Positions 13,001 through 25,899 of a stretch of DNA of 64,000 nt are shown here, piece after piece. Within the stretch, counting starts at the first letter, position 1. Each line of letters starts with the position of its first letter. The position numbers were made by a program, and so were the translations under genes. The stretch lies in contig CP110439.1 in the NCBI GenBank assembly GCA_026914245.1, forward strand, positions 5,518,001 through 5,582,000, in the 5' to 3' direction. Source of the stretch: Puccinia triticina. Lineage: Eukaryota. Under the pieces are notes generated by a model. The model did no database searches. It was not told the DNA's origin and saw nothing but the letters and a program-made list of their open reading frames with translations.

Positions 13001-13294
13001 GGGCACGGAACAGCTTTTAGAGACCTCTGTTTGTATTGCAGGGGGAGAAGGGAGCTAGCTCGGGGGAAGTCTCAGTACTTCCCTCTATATACAACTTTTG
13101 GCAAAGAGAAGAGAGAGAAGGGGGAGACGGAAGTGAAGGGGAAAGGAAGGTCACTCACCTAGCTTGGGGGAAGTCTCAGTACTTCCCTGCCAAGCTAGGA
13201 GAGGCGGGGCTGGAGGGACTATGTAGGGTGCTTGGTGTCGGTCTGTGATACCTCTGTGAATCTTCCTGTGAGTTTGCGAGGTCCGCGGCTCACA
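10002..13294 (-). mobile_element. Gag-only LTR retrotransposon (Gypsy-like); LTRs 10002-10370 and 12926-13294
   Basis: Two 369-bp TG..CA LTRs, 5-bp TSD CGGTG, PPT (AGATGGGGGGAA on minus) next to the left LTR, and an empty site in the duplicate block near 57375. Confidence 0.93.
10775..12598 (-). pseudogene. Gag-like ORF with one in-frame TAG (11546-11548)
   Basis: ORFs 11546-12598 and 10775-11374 are in the same frame. Retrotransposon gag-like helical region and a CHWC..H..C knuckle. No PR/RT/IN motifs. Confidence 0.75.
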
Positions 13295-13668
13295 CGGTGC
13301 CGGGTGTCTGTTTTGGGACAGAAATTCAGGAGGTACCCTGGTACCCTCTGCATGTACCGCCTCACCCCCATAATATTCCCCAGGGGGGGGCTACCATGTG
13401 CGGCGACAAGACTGTACAATGGACCTGTGATAGGGATGATAATTGGGCGGGCTCAAAAAAATAGTACATTTTTTTATTTTTAACATTAGTTTTGCCTTTT
13501 ACTACATTATAATGTGTTCCTACCTTATAACAAGGGAGGGGAAACCACCAGGGGGGAATATGTGGCACTTTCTATAGAGTGCCATACTATGATTTCTTTC
13601 TGTAATGTTCCCAGAAGTCAACTGGTTGTGCATGTGTAAATCAAGCCTGACTAATGTTCATCTGCTGT

Positions 13669-15189
13669 TAAACAGAGCTGTCAATTTGTCTTACCCAAGA
13701 AACGACGCAAATATCAAATCGGTAAATTCTTTTGTGAACAAAAAAGATTTCAACACGACCTGGGACGATTTTAACACGGTGTCAAAGTTTTTTGCCAAAG
13801 AAAAGAGACAGGTCGAACTTGCATTGTTTGACTGGGAAAAAGCATACTGACAAATTCCCATCAAGATGAGGCAATGGAGGTATCTGATGGTTAAGGACTT
13901 CCACGGGAGATTTTCACTAGATACTTGGATCACATTGGGGGGAGTGGCTGGCTGCGGCTCCTTCGGAAGACCCGCGGACACTTGGAAAGAAATCATGAGG
14001 TCTCATTAAGCCCAAATCAAACATGCTTAAACAGCTGATATCAGACAGGGTTCAAGAAGGAAAATATGGTCTGGAAATCTCTAGAGAGTGCCATAAATTC
14101 TCCCCTGGTGACTTCTCCTTCTGTGATTTCCAAATCTTTTTGGGCTTCAGAAAAACATGTGATGTAGTCCTCTTTGTTTTTGGATCTAATGAAGATGAGA
14201 AATAAAATGCTTGGATGCTCTCCTAATTCCACACATAATGAACTTGTTTTTTCCCGTGAAATAAAGAAGTTCATGGTGGTTGCGTTAGGATTTTGGTTGG
14301 TTCAATTGAAATCAAATCTGCCACATAATTTCCTGGTAGCTAATTTATTGGTTAGAGAAGACATAAGCATGAGTTCAACAGCAGATGAATGGCAGATTTG
14401 ATTTCAATTGAACCAACCAAAATCCTAGAAGATAGGAGATGAAAGGCAACAATTATTCAATGTACATCAACAACACAAACAATTTCTTTCATTCTCTTGT
14501 TTGCTCTCAATCTGGTTTTGTAAGCCACCAATCACTTTGTGAAGATCACATTTCCCCTTGACTAAGCAGTTAACGCAACCACCATGAACTTCTTTATTTC
14601 ACGGGAAAAAACAAGTTCATTATGTGTGGAATTAGGAGAGCATCCAAGCATTTTATTTCTCATCTTCATTAGATCCAAAAACAAAGAGGACTACATCACA
14701 TGTTTTTCTGAAGCCCAAAAAGATTTGGAAATCACAGAAGGAGAAGTCACCAGGGGAGAATTTATGGCACTCTCTAGAGATTTCCAGACCATATTTTCCT
14801 TCTTGAACCCTGTCTGATATCAGCTGTTTAAGCATGTTTGATTTGGGCTTAATGAGACCTCATGATTTCTTTCCAAGTGTCCGCGGGTCTTCCGAAGGAG
14901 CCGCAGCCAGCCACTCCCCCCAATGTGATCCAAGTATCTAGTGAAAATCTCCCGTGGAAGTCCTTAACCATCAGATACCTCCATTGCCTCATCTTGATGG
15001 GAATTTGTCAGTATGCTTTTTCCCAGTCAAACAATGCAAGTTCGACCTGTCTCTTTTCTTTGGCAAAAAACTTTGACACCGTGTTAAAATTGTCCCAGGT
15101 CGTGTTGAAATCTTTTTTGTTCACAAAAGAATTTACCGATTTGATATTTGCGTTGTTTCTTGGGTAAGACAAATTGACAGCTCTGTTTA
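13669..15189. repeat. Local inverted duplication (fold-back): 13669-14287 vs 14571-15189 and 14286-14323 vs 14390-14427
   Basis: Mirror ORFs in the track. The arms are near-identical reverse complements. Confidence 0.95.
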
Positions 15190-18180
15190 TGAAGCTTAGG
15201 GCAAAAAAACCGTCAAAATAAGGGTTTTGGGCCCTAGCACTATAACTGTGCTGATGTAAACACTAGTAATGTAAGCTACTAAACTTGTTACATAGTAAAT
15301 ATGGCCACTACAAGGGTTCTAAACACTCTTAAAAAGAGGAGGATTTATTATGTAATTAATAATATATAATTATTAATTACATTGAATAAATTTGGCGTAA
15401 AAAGTAGGTGGTAAGCGCTTAAGCTGATTGGCTGCTTGTCAGAGGCGGAGGTCTTACGGCTACTACTTATAAGGATAAAGCTTTAAATATGCTAATAAGG
15501 GATTTTGGATATTTAAAAGGTTTAATCCAGTGGATTTTGTGTGCTGGGGATGGTTCAAAGGGAAAAGGGGCTACAGTAGTAGCAGAGGAGAATATTCACG
15601 GCAAACTTACAGTTTATGGGTAATGAATGGTCTGGGGGATCTTTTCCTGAGGGCCAAATAGGCCTCTATTTATAGAGGGGACTTCAGTGGGCGCAACCAC
15701 AAAGTCCTTTTCTCCCTATGGGAGTATCCTGAGGTGTACACGTGAACAAGGCTTGGCTGTGGGCAATTTATTTGTATTATAATAGACTAATTTCCCTGAC
15801 TCTGTCACATGACATGTTTATAACCAATTGTCATGTGAAAGAGCTTCAGTAGAAGTCTACATAATACTTTCACGGGGTGTTTTTACCCGATTAATATTAC
15901 TCTTTAATGTACAACAGTTTATTTTTATGTACTTTGTTTATTTTTACTAATTTTTGTATGTAATACTATTTTTGGGCGCTTTCTGGGGCCAATTCTTATT
16001 TATACAATTAGTAAATGAAGGAATAGGAATAAGGGGTTACTTTGAGTGGGTGACCCCCCTTAATTTATGATGAGGAATCTGATTCTGCAATAATAATTTA
16101 ATAATTATTATTATTTAATAAGTTATTGGAGTCTTTTGGATACTTGATGTATCTCTAAGGCTGACACAAATGCCCCGTTGCTGTTTGCTACTGCGCCTGA
16201 AGGATTAAACCTGAAGAAGCCAAATCGAGCATGGACCTCTTCTTGAGTAAACGGGCCAAACATGCGAGCCGCGAGCAATTCCTTTGCAATTGAATCTTCA
16301 ACCTTGCTCCTCACGTTTTCGGAGGAAGCATGATTATCTGGAGTGAAAAAGGCCATCCCCTTTATGACGTGATCCGGTATGCCTTAGTCAAAGCCAAACT
16401 CAAACCCGGTCAAAACGTCTCCGTACTTCTCCATCAACCCGTACGTCAATAGGCAACACTCCCACGCTTTTAGATCCATCTCACACAATACTTTTGTGGG
16501 CCATTTCTCAGCCCCCATTTCTAGATCGGGGTTGATAGCTGCGTCATTAATTATCATAGTCGGTTCTTCATACAGCCTGTAAAGAGACACCCCAATTTGC
16601 GAGGGAGAGAAATAACATAAAGTCTTAGAAATCATAACTGATTTTGGAGGAGTGCAATGAGATACAAGTGAAGAGAAAGAGGAGGTGACATAATCTCAAG
16701 CTCTCCAAATGATCACATGAGGAAGTCATTGTTGTAGACAATGCTTGAAAATATATAGCCAAAAAAAGAGGAACAACGCCTACTGCAGATCCTTTTCTTT
16801 TAAAGGGGCTTTGCCACCAGCCTCTCTCTTGTTCATAAACCTGGAGGATCCTTGTTCTTTTTTGAAACCTCCGCGGCCTCTCCCAGATGAAGATCTATGG
16901 GAGCCAGAAAATTCAATGTCGTCCTCAAAATGATCCCGATTCCTCTTCCTGTATCCGTCATCTTGCACATAGCGGGTGAAACCATAGAAGTCTTGTCTTT
17001 GATCCCCTCTGTAACAATTGCCAAAACCCCTTCCTCGGAAACCTCCACAAACTTTTCCTGAGGGTTTAGCATTGTATCTACCCAAGGAATCCTCATTCAC
17101 CTTTGCCTTCAATTCTTTTGGCCTGCCAGTTTTTGGATCACAGCCAAATTTCTTCCCTCCATAAGTGTAAGGATTGTTGGTGAAATCCAATTCATTCAAA
17201 TCTTTGGTCACATTGTAGGCTCTGAGCCTAACGTCCTCCCTAAAGACCGATATATTGACTGCCAAAACAACACCGTCCTTGACTGGAACCTGATAGGAGA
17301 AGGCGTTTTGCCTCTCAATCATGTCGTACCAAAAACCCGTCAAAAATTTATGCTCTTCTATGATATAGTCAACATTTGCTTTATGTTGCAAAATACACTC
17401 TGCAAAATCCAGAAAATTATAGAAGTCCTTGTATGTCCTATAGAAATTACGGTGATTTGACGTCCATTTTGCAAAAGACTGAGTCCACTCATTTGGATAT
17501 TTGTAACTGGTATAATTCCCGTCTTTCTCATCAGACCTAGAGCGTTTATTTGTGTGAGCTTGTATCACGTCCTCCTGCCAATCCTTGTCGAATATGGTTA
17601 AAGGTAGCGGTCCTCTGAATTCACGTATGTTCTTGTCGAAATAAGGAGTGAATCCAAAGTTGAAATGCTTTGGCAAAGACCCTTTTATAAAAACAATGGT
17701 GGTTTTATCTCTCTTAGCAACGTTAGAAGATGGTGCGTTTCCGTCTGTCAAATTTGATCTTATGATGTTGGGTTTGTGTGCCTTCAAAGGATTCAAATGA
17801 TCGTTTGCGCTTCCCCAAGCCAAATGAGTTCTCACTAACTCAACGGAAGTATTAGAAATGTTGTTGTACATTCTATAGAAAAAATTGGCGCTTTCTTTGT
17901 TGCCCTTCGCCACCGATTCTGCGACTTTTTCCCACATCTTATCTTTTTCTGACTTTGCCAGGCTTTGTGGGATATCATTTGGAGCATTAGTCGCGACATC
18001 AGGATCATTGACTATGATTGATGGGATCGCTGGTTTGATTCAATCTTTGTTCTTCATACCCCATACTTCAAATTCTCCGAGCTCAACTTGAGGAACGGTC
18101 GAAAGTATTGCTTTATATTTTGCGGCTATTCCTTCAGCCAACTTATCAATGGATTTGATTGGGCCAGGGATTTCTGATAA
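14860..18180 (-). mobile_element. Degenerate DIRS-like retroelement 1 (gag-like 16780-17937; RT pieces 16167-16635 and 14862-15174)
   Basis: RT motifs FFTPDNH..RMFGPF, DLSYP..SVNSFV and LFDWEKAY*QIP are homologous to element 2. Gag shares FxKNxxEFRxPLPLTIF with 21757-22842. Boundaries approximate. Confidence 0.8.
15175..16166 (-). mobile_element. Solo LTR (~1 kb, Gypsy-like), same family as 24113-25120
   Basis: TG..CA ends, 5-bp TSD CAAAT, and reverse-complement similarity to 24113-25120 at both termini and internally. Confidence 0.85.
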
Positions 18181-18663
18181 CCACAATCATTACTGTGTAA
18201 GCATCATTCTTGCATTCGCATCATGACACTCTTCAACATAGAGGGCCGACCTTTAAAAGCTTCACTATCGTCGCTGTCTGAGGCATCATTTCCAGCCTGT
18301 TGCATCGTATCACAAGCATCTCAATTAACACGTGTGTCTGTCGTAAATAACAAGACATTTGACCATACTGACCATCCAGCTGCAATTTTTCCAGCTGGGT
18401 GTCCAGTATATAGTGCCTACCACACTCCAAAAGGTGGGCCTCCTGACCAGCATGGACTAGTAATTGGGCTGGGGCCTCCCTGGCTTGATGACCCAGATGT
18501 AGTGGTTGTTCTATTTGAGTTTGGGGAGGCCGCGGATTGATGGTGAGGGCATTATGGTGTTTGAGTACGGCCTCTCCCAGATTGATGACCAGTTTTGGCT
18601 GGTAATTGGGTTGGAGAAGCTCCAGCCCAATGACCAGCACGTAATTGTCATTAATCTGGGCAT

Positions 18664-19690
18664 TTACAAGCTCAGGATGCAGTACACACTGGTCGTTGGG
18701 TCCAGAAAATACAACATTGATGACAAGTATTCTGCACTGTTGATTGAGTGGAGACGAGTGTTAGGGACCATGGGAGTGGAAACCGACCTAGAATTGGCGA
18801 AGTTGTATTCCAAGAGGATTTCGTCAATGTGACGCTCCTGAGAGAGAGTGATGTGATCCGAGTGCCGGCTGATTTTCATGCCGAGAAGAGAACTTGCAGC
18901 ACCCAAGTTGTCCATCAGGAAGTGTTTCTTGATGAGTTGCTTGAAACAATTCGCATTGTGACTGATGATGACCATGTCATCCACGTAGACGTGCACAAAG
19001 CAGCGCCATCCAGGGACTTGAGACACAAAAAGACAGGGATTGGCAGGCGAGGGAGCAAAGTCAATTGAGTTGAAAAACTTGGAAAGCTCAGCGTACCAAA
19101 CTCTTGGAGCCTGCTTCAAACCGTAGATGGATTTCCTTAGTCTGAGACAGTGACCGGGAGGGATTGTCATTCCTGCAGGACAACAAAGATGAATTACCTC
19201 TTTGAGAACTCCGTTGAGGAAAGCGTTGCAAACATCCATTTGCTGGATATCCATGCCCTTGTTTACACCCACGGTAAGAGCCACCCGTAGAGCGGACAGA
19301 GACCTGTAGGCGCGTAGGTCTTGTTGAAGTCAAGACCCTCGGTTTGAGCACTCCCTTGAGCACAGAGGCGACCCTTGTATTTGACGAGATTGCCGTCAGC
19401 GTCGTACTTCTTGCGGAAAATCCAGATGGTACCCAAGAGCGAGGCGTCCTTAGGAGTAGGAACCACCTCCCATACCTTGAGACGTTCCATGGCCTGTAGT
19501 TCCACCTCGACCGCCTTCTGCCAATGATGGGATTTGGGAGACGCCATGGCGGCCTTGTAGGTTTTTGGAACCGAGATTAGGGGAGTGGATTGGGCGGTGG
19601 ACATAGCAAAGATGGTTTCGTAGAATGGGATGGAAGTTATTGAAGATAGGGTTAAGTGAGCTCGTTGTTTAGTTGGTAGAATGTTGGCTG
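18664..19690 (-). pseudogene. Truncated Copia RT fragment
   Basis: PKTYKAAM..KYKGRLCAQG, QMDVCNAFLNG, LRKSIYGLKQAPRVW, VYVDDM. Frameshifted; no LTRs. Confidence 0.88.
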
Positions 19691-19701
19691 TGTCAATAGT
19701 A

Positions 19702-20194
19702 TGGGTACCTGGTACTGCCTGGCGGGTGCGGGGGGTGCCTAGCAGGTACCCGCCAAGCAGTACCAGGTGTGGTACCAGGTGCCTGGCCTTTTTGAAGAAA
19801 ACATTGGATACCCGGGTACCACCCGCCCACACGCATCTAAACCCAACCTATTCTCCACAAGGTTCAGGGGACTTGGTTGGGTGTAACCCAAATACAAGCC
19901 CCCTGTCACCCGTTCCCATCATCAAATCCTCCCAAAAACCATCAATCATGCCCTTTAACCGCAAGTGAAGAAGACAAAATTCATCAGAGATTGCATCTGA
20001 TATGGCTCACCACTTTTTCAAAGTAAATAATTTGTGAGAGAAATTACTGATGTTAAACCGCCCCAGGGACCACCAATACCCACCCATACCCGCCCAGGCT
20101 GTACCAGGTGCGGTACCAGGTGCCAACATTTGTTCAAAAATTGACCCAGTACCCGGACCCTCTGCCAGTACCCAGGTCCCAAATGCCATCCCTA
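19702..20194. mobile_element. Partial hAT-like MITE with GGTACC-rich subterminal repeats
   Basis: Right end TGCCATCCCTA (TAGGGATGGCA-type TIR). Repeated GTACCAGGTG motifs. Left TIR not evident. Confidence 0.45.
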
Positions 20195-23100
20195 AACTAC
20201 TTCAAGGCCAGTTGTTTTGATTGATCTGGATGCAATAGGTCCACAATGCATCAGCATTATGTAAAAACCAATGCTACTCAAGAAAAATTAGATGAGAGCA
20301 ATTGACACAATGTTGTTACACAATACACATGGAAAAAATATTAACTATGATGAATGAATTATTACTGAAGGAAAAATTTGACCAAAAATTTCAGGGAAAA
20401 GATGTCAAGATGATCAATCAACAAGAAAAAATGTGATTTATCTTACTGTGATTTTCATGGGCATTTCAGAATTGACTGGTCACCTTGGTTTTCTCAGGAC
20501 AGATTTTCAATTCTTTCTCCTGCTTCTTCCAGGATCACTGAAATATTGATTTGCCTGTTGATATCCACCAATCTACGCCCCTTTTGCTGCGGAATATTAA
20601 CTATTTTTTCTTCTAGCCGCTGCATTTTCTAGTCAGGTGGAGTTAAACTTATGAAAATTTTGCAATATCTATTGGAGTATGCCAGGTGCATGGTACCAAA
20701 TCAAGAGCTGATGGTGTTTCAAACTTTACAATCTTTAAATGGACCATCCCTTGGCAGGTAAACATGATAGGGAAAAATTCCTCCAGTGTTTTTCACATTT
20801 CATATTTCAGGCAGGGAAATTGCAGGTTAACCCAATTTTTGCAGATTAGGCACTGTTGGATACTTGAAGAATAGAAGTTTTGTTTCACACAAATTTTCTC
20901 CCACTCTGATATGGGAGCATGCATGGCAGAAATATCACACAAGGATTTATCTAAATGTTTAATCAGCCTTTGCAGTTGCTATATTTTACAAGATTTTTGG
21001 CAAATGATTGTATGTGTGTCATGAATTAAGCTAATTCGGCTCTGAAAAATATTCCTGTGCGCTTACCGGGAGCGCAGCGGGAGGTGGGCCGAGTCCAAGG
21101 GACAGCGGTAGTGGAGCCTCCGAGAGGAGCGCGCGCGAAGACACCCGCAGTGCGCAGCCGTGGCTTGCCCAATCAGACTCAAACCTAGTTGGTCGAGGAG
21201 CAACCGGTACCGGCTAAGATCTAGCACACCGCAACCGGCAACAGAGGACACAATGCCAAGCACGATATCGCCGGAAAATTTTGGAATTTTTTTGCCAAAC
21301 TAAGTGACATCTAACTAAAATTGACCAAGCTAATCACAATGTTTAACTCAATCGCAGCAGCAACTTCAGCAGTGAAAGTGGCAGCAGGCTTGTCAATCGG
21401 CGATACAGGCAGACAGGCAGATGGAGAAGCAGGGGGACAGTCACAAGGGGTCACGGGAACGCAGGAGGAGTTGGAACCGCCGACAACACAAGAAGACAAA
21501 CAAGCCAGCGGAGGCGCAGAAGACAAACCGGCACCAGCCCCTCCAAAGAAAACCAAAAAGGTTACCGTGAAAGCACCAGCGAGAAGGTCGACACGAGCAA
21601 CGTCGAAACAACCAGGGGAGCAGGAAAAGGACAACGAACAAGGGGGTGGGGAGGATCGGGAGGAAGGAAGGGGGACAGGGATAGAGGAATTCAGGGAACT
21701 ACTGGGGGAGGAGGTTAGGGGTCAAGGTAACGGGAAAGGAACTGGTAAGCAAAAGGATGGAAGAGGTCGCGGCGGGAGAAAGGAGAGTAGTAAAAGGGTT
21801 GGGGCTGATGGATGGAAATGCTTCATTTCACTTAGCTGGAAACCCTGTCGGCGCGGAGGAAGAGATCCAGGTCATAGGAGAAATGAAGGGGAGGGTGGAC
21901 CTGCAAGGTACTATGCTAGAGGTGATAGGGAGAGCGTTGGCGGCCAAAGCAGCAGGACAGTCAGGCAAAGCGACCATGCTCTTCAAGATTTGCAAGGGTT
22001 TAGGCAACACCATTGCTGGCAACCAGGCGACCCCACTCCCGCTATCCTCAACCCTAGCGACCCAGATGCTTGGAGGCTCAATCCAGCCGGTCGCCACACC
22101 TTCTTTACCGCCTCCGGCCATGACTTTATTCAACCCGGCCACCTTAGACCAGCACCACGGGTTCAAAATTCCAACCCCAGCACCGGCGATCACTCCAAGA
22201 GTCTGGGATTACAAAGAGATGACCGTCTCCACCGGACCAGAGACTGTGGTCCTCTTCGATGACGCCGCTATTCCGAACAACTATGACATCGGCCTTCCCC
22301 AGTTCTTCGTAAAGAACCTTTTGGAGTTCAGAGCCCCCCTGCCATTGACAATCTTCAACAAGTGGTGGCAAGAACAGGCGTTCCTCCACCACGCCAAGAA
22401 GCGGAACAAATCAGATGCCGCTAGCGGGGATCGACTGAGATACACGGGTTTTCCGTATCCGAGCGAGTACCTCCAAACGTACCAGGAGTGGTTCGTCAAC
22501 CACCAGGGTTTCCTCCGGGCCTTCAGCAAAATACCCTCGCATAGGAATTTGGCGAACTGGTTGGTGGGGCACAAGAGAAATGCAGACGGCATTATACGGC
22601 GGGAAGGTTTTATGACCGCACTCAGGTACAACATCCACGTAAGGATGAACGCCCTGTGCCATTGGGTACCGGTCCCAGGTGGGCGACTCTCAGTTGCGAA
22701 CATCTCTATTTTCCGAACCAAGATTGTGCAGGAGGTCCACGCGAAGACGGTCCGGTTTGGCAAGACCAAATTCACCAACAATCCCTACGCCGCCGGAAGC
22801 TGCAGGTTTGGTTGGGACCCCACAACCGGACAACAAGCCTGAAAGAAAGACAAGCAGGTGAATAGGACACCTCTCCACCTGCAACAACCCGGTAAAACAT
22901 TCATCCCGGCCAACAAACCCAGACCGGAAACCCTGCGGGGCCCCAGCAACCAGAAGGGGCCGGGCGGCAAAGACGGTGGATTCAAAGGGAAAAAATAAGG
23001 TTCAAGCTACAACCGCGAAGGGGGAGGCTCAGGCGGCGGCGGTGGAGGAAACGGTGGTGGGGGAGGAGGGGAAGCAGGAAGTAGTTATGGGAAGGGGAAG

Positions 23101-24112
23101 GGTTATTATTGAGCGTCTTCTCTTGTTTCCATTTGCACGCCTGACACCGGAGCTGCTTCAGTTGTCTTGGCACCGCTTGTTTTCCTTTCTTGCCCACAAT
23201 AGAAATGGATATGATTTAAATTACCAGAACCAATCCGGTATGATTTGTGTGCAGTGAGGAGATCCAAGAGAGGAATAGCTACAAAACAGGAGGTAGGCCA
23301 ATCGCACAAGTGACACATTTAGGTCGCCAGCAAACGGCGGGGCAACGCCGTCAACCTAGTAAGGCAAGATGGCCAACGGGCGTCTCTTGTGAGATGAACA
23401 TTGGCGCCTAGGAGGTGGCGCTGAAACGCGCGGACCTCCTTCCAACATTTCAGGACGTGCTGGATGGGTTCCCGGACGGCTTTGATCAAGGGATTCCAGA
23501 CCATAAGTTATCAGACGGGGTACCTTTTTTCACACCCCCAAACCACACTTCCACATTGTTAGCAAAGTCCAAGATTGAAGACTCCATTTGCAAAGAGCTG
23601 GAAGCGGGCAGGATGTTCGGGCCGTTCTCATACGACCAGGTACGCAAACGTTTCAACTTCTTCAGGACAAACCCCCTAGGAGCCGTGATCAACGGCGATG
23701 GGTCCTTGCGGGCAATCAACGATTTGTCCTTCCCGCACGGAGAGATAGGAATCCCGTCCGTGAACTCATTCGTGGACACAGGCGATTTCCAAACGTCATG
23801 GGACAATTTCAACGCAGTGGCAAGCTTCCTCAAAGAACAAAAGGAGCCAGTCCTCTTGGCCCTATTCGATTGGGAAAAGGCTTACCGCCAAATCCCGACT
23901 GCGCCGAGCCAGTGGCCATACCTCATGGTACAAAACTTTGATGATCAGCTGCTATTAGATACCAGGATCACTTTTGGCGGGGTAGCAGGCTGCGGGTCCT
24001 TTGGCCGGCCAGCGGACGCATGGAAGGAACTAATGCTGGCAGAGTTTGACGTGCTGAACGTTTTTTGGTGGGTCAATGACAATCTATTTGTCAAGAGGCC
24101 AGAGTCAGCGGC

Positions 24113-25120
24113 TGTCAGCCTTAGAGATACAACAAGTATCCTAAAGTCTGCAAAAACTAGTAAACCATTTACAAATCCTGAAATATTATTGAATATTCAG
24201 AATCCTCGTGTTAAATTAAGGGGGGTCACCCACTCAAAGTAACCCCTCATTCCTACTCCTTCATACATTTTTTCATATATGTACATATAGCCATAAAGCG
24301 CTCCAAAGAGCAGGAAAACTACATAAAAAATCTTTACATAAATTAAAATACATAAAATTATATTAATTAGTAAAGTACCTTTCCCCCGTGAAACAAGAAC
24401 CACGGGTGAGAGTAACACTTAGTACAAATTGATATTACACTTCATATTAAGCTATTTCACATGACAATTGGTTATACAAATGTCACGTGTGGGAGTAAGG
24501 GAAGTTGTGTAATATTGTACAAACAAAATACCCATAGCCAAGGCAGATTACACGTCTACCCTTGGCATTTACCCATAGCCAAAACTAATGGGAACATTTC
24601 AGCGCCCTCAGAGACCTCTCCAGTATTTAAGGAGGTAACTGAGTCACTGGAATTGTCCCCCCAGACATTTCACCACAAATTAACCTGTAAGTTAACTCGT
24701 GAAAATTCTCCTCTGGCTTATTAAAGCCACCCTTTCCTTTATTTCTGCCCTTTTGGCACAAAACCCACTAGATCTTAACTCTAAAATTGCCAATATCCCT
24801 TATAAGCATTTATTACAGTTAAATCTTTATAAATAGTTGCTGTAAGACTCCCGCCTCTGACGCGCAGCCAATCAGTTTAAGCGCTTACCAGCTATTTCTA
24901 CGTCAAAACCTTATATATCCCTGTTATTAATAAGTAAACCTTATTAATTACAAATATCCTCCTCTTATATAAGAGTGTTTAAACCCTTGTAGTGGCTAAA
25001 TACCACGTAACAAGTTTGGCACATTATTGCCAGTGTTTTATTTCAGTACAGTTATAGTACTAGGGCAAAAAACCCTTATTTGACGGGTTTTTACCCTAAG
25101 TTTCATAAACATAACTGACA
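24113..25120 (+). mobile_element. Solo LTR (1008 bp, Gypsy-like)
   Basis: TGTCAG..CTGACA ends, 5-bp TSD GCGGC. The RT resumes after it. Confidence 0.9.
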
Positions 25121-25391
25121 GCGGCCCTGATGGCCGACATAGTCAAGCGATCGGATGAACTGGGAGTAAAAACAAACAAGGAAAGTACTCACCGTTCTTG
25201 GAGGAACAGAAGTACGTAGGATTCATTTGGAATGGCACCGACAAAACGGTACGACTTCCAGATGCTAAACTCAATAAGAGGATCACTCAGATCCAAGACT
25301 TCCTCAAAATAGGCGCGGTTTTCACCTACAACGACGTGGAGGTCATTGCAGGAAGATTAAACCACGTCGCTTACATTTTACCACAGTTAAG

Positions 25392-25899
25392 TGTTGAAGG
25401 TGTAATCCCTGTAGAAGGGAACATGGCCAGCAGTGATCTAACTGCTGAGACCCATGCTGCCAAGTATGCTCAGCTCTCTGCTGCCAATTATGCTCAGCTT
25501 CCTGCTGCAGCTGCTTATCACAGTGCAGAAAGTAATAAGAAAAGAAATGCTCCAGAGGACTGGAGCATTCCTGCAAGGAGGAGAAAAGTATAGGTACTTT
25601 TCTCTCCCATACTTTTGACAATGACTTTTCATTGAGAAAGTACGCTGAGAATCAATCTCTCAGCAGCATTTGTTTACTATAAATACTGGGCTCTCTTTGC
25701 CCCTCTTTTTCACATTCATTCATACTCATACTCTCATTCTCACTCACACTCTCACACTTGCTCTCACTCACACACATCCACTTTTATCTTGATCTCATCA
25801 TATATACAACCATAGCCCTGTCTGGTAGCCTTTGCTCAAACAGATAGAAAATAGAATTATTATTGCAAATTTCATACCACAAACTCTACAAACTCAACA
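25392..25899. mobile_element. Solo LTR (508 bp, Copia-like)
   Basis: TGTTGA..TCAACA ends, 5-bp TSD TTAAG. Splits the RT at LPQL|RCYL. Confidence 0.9.

Larger units (their letters stand above)
8563..13541 (+). repeat. Duplicated ~1.1-kb block (copy A, expanded by two insertions); copy B at 56481-57618
   Basis: 8563-9384, 9941-10001 and 13300-13541 are colinear and near-identical with 56481-57618. Confidence 0.93.
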
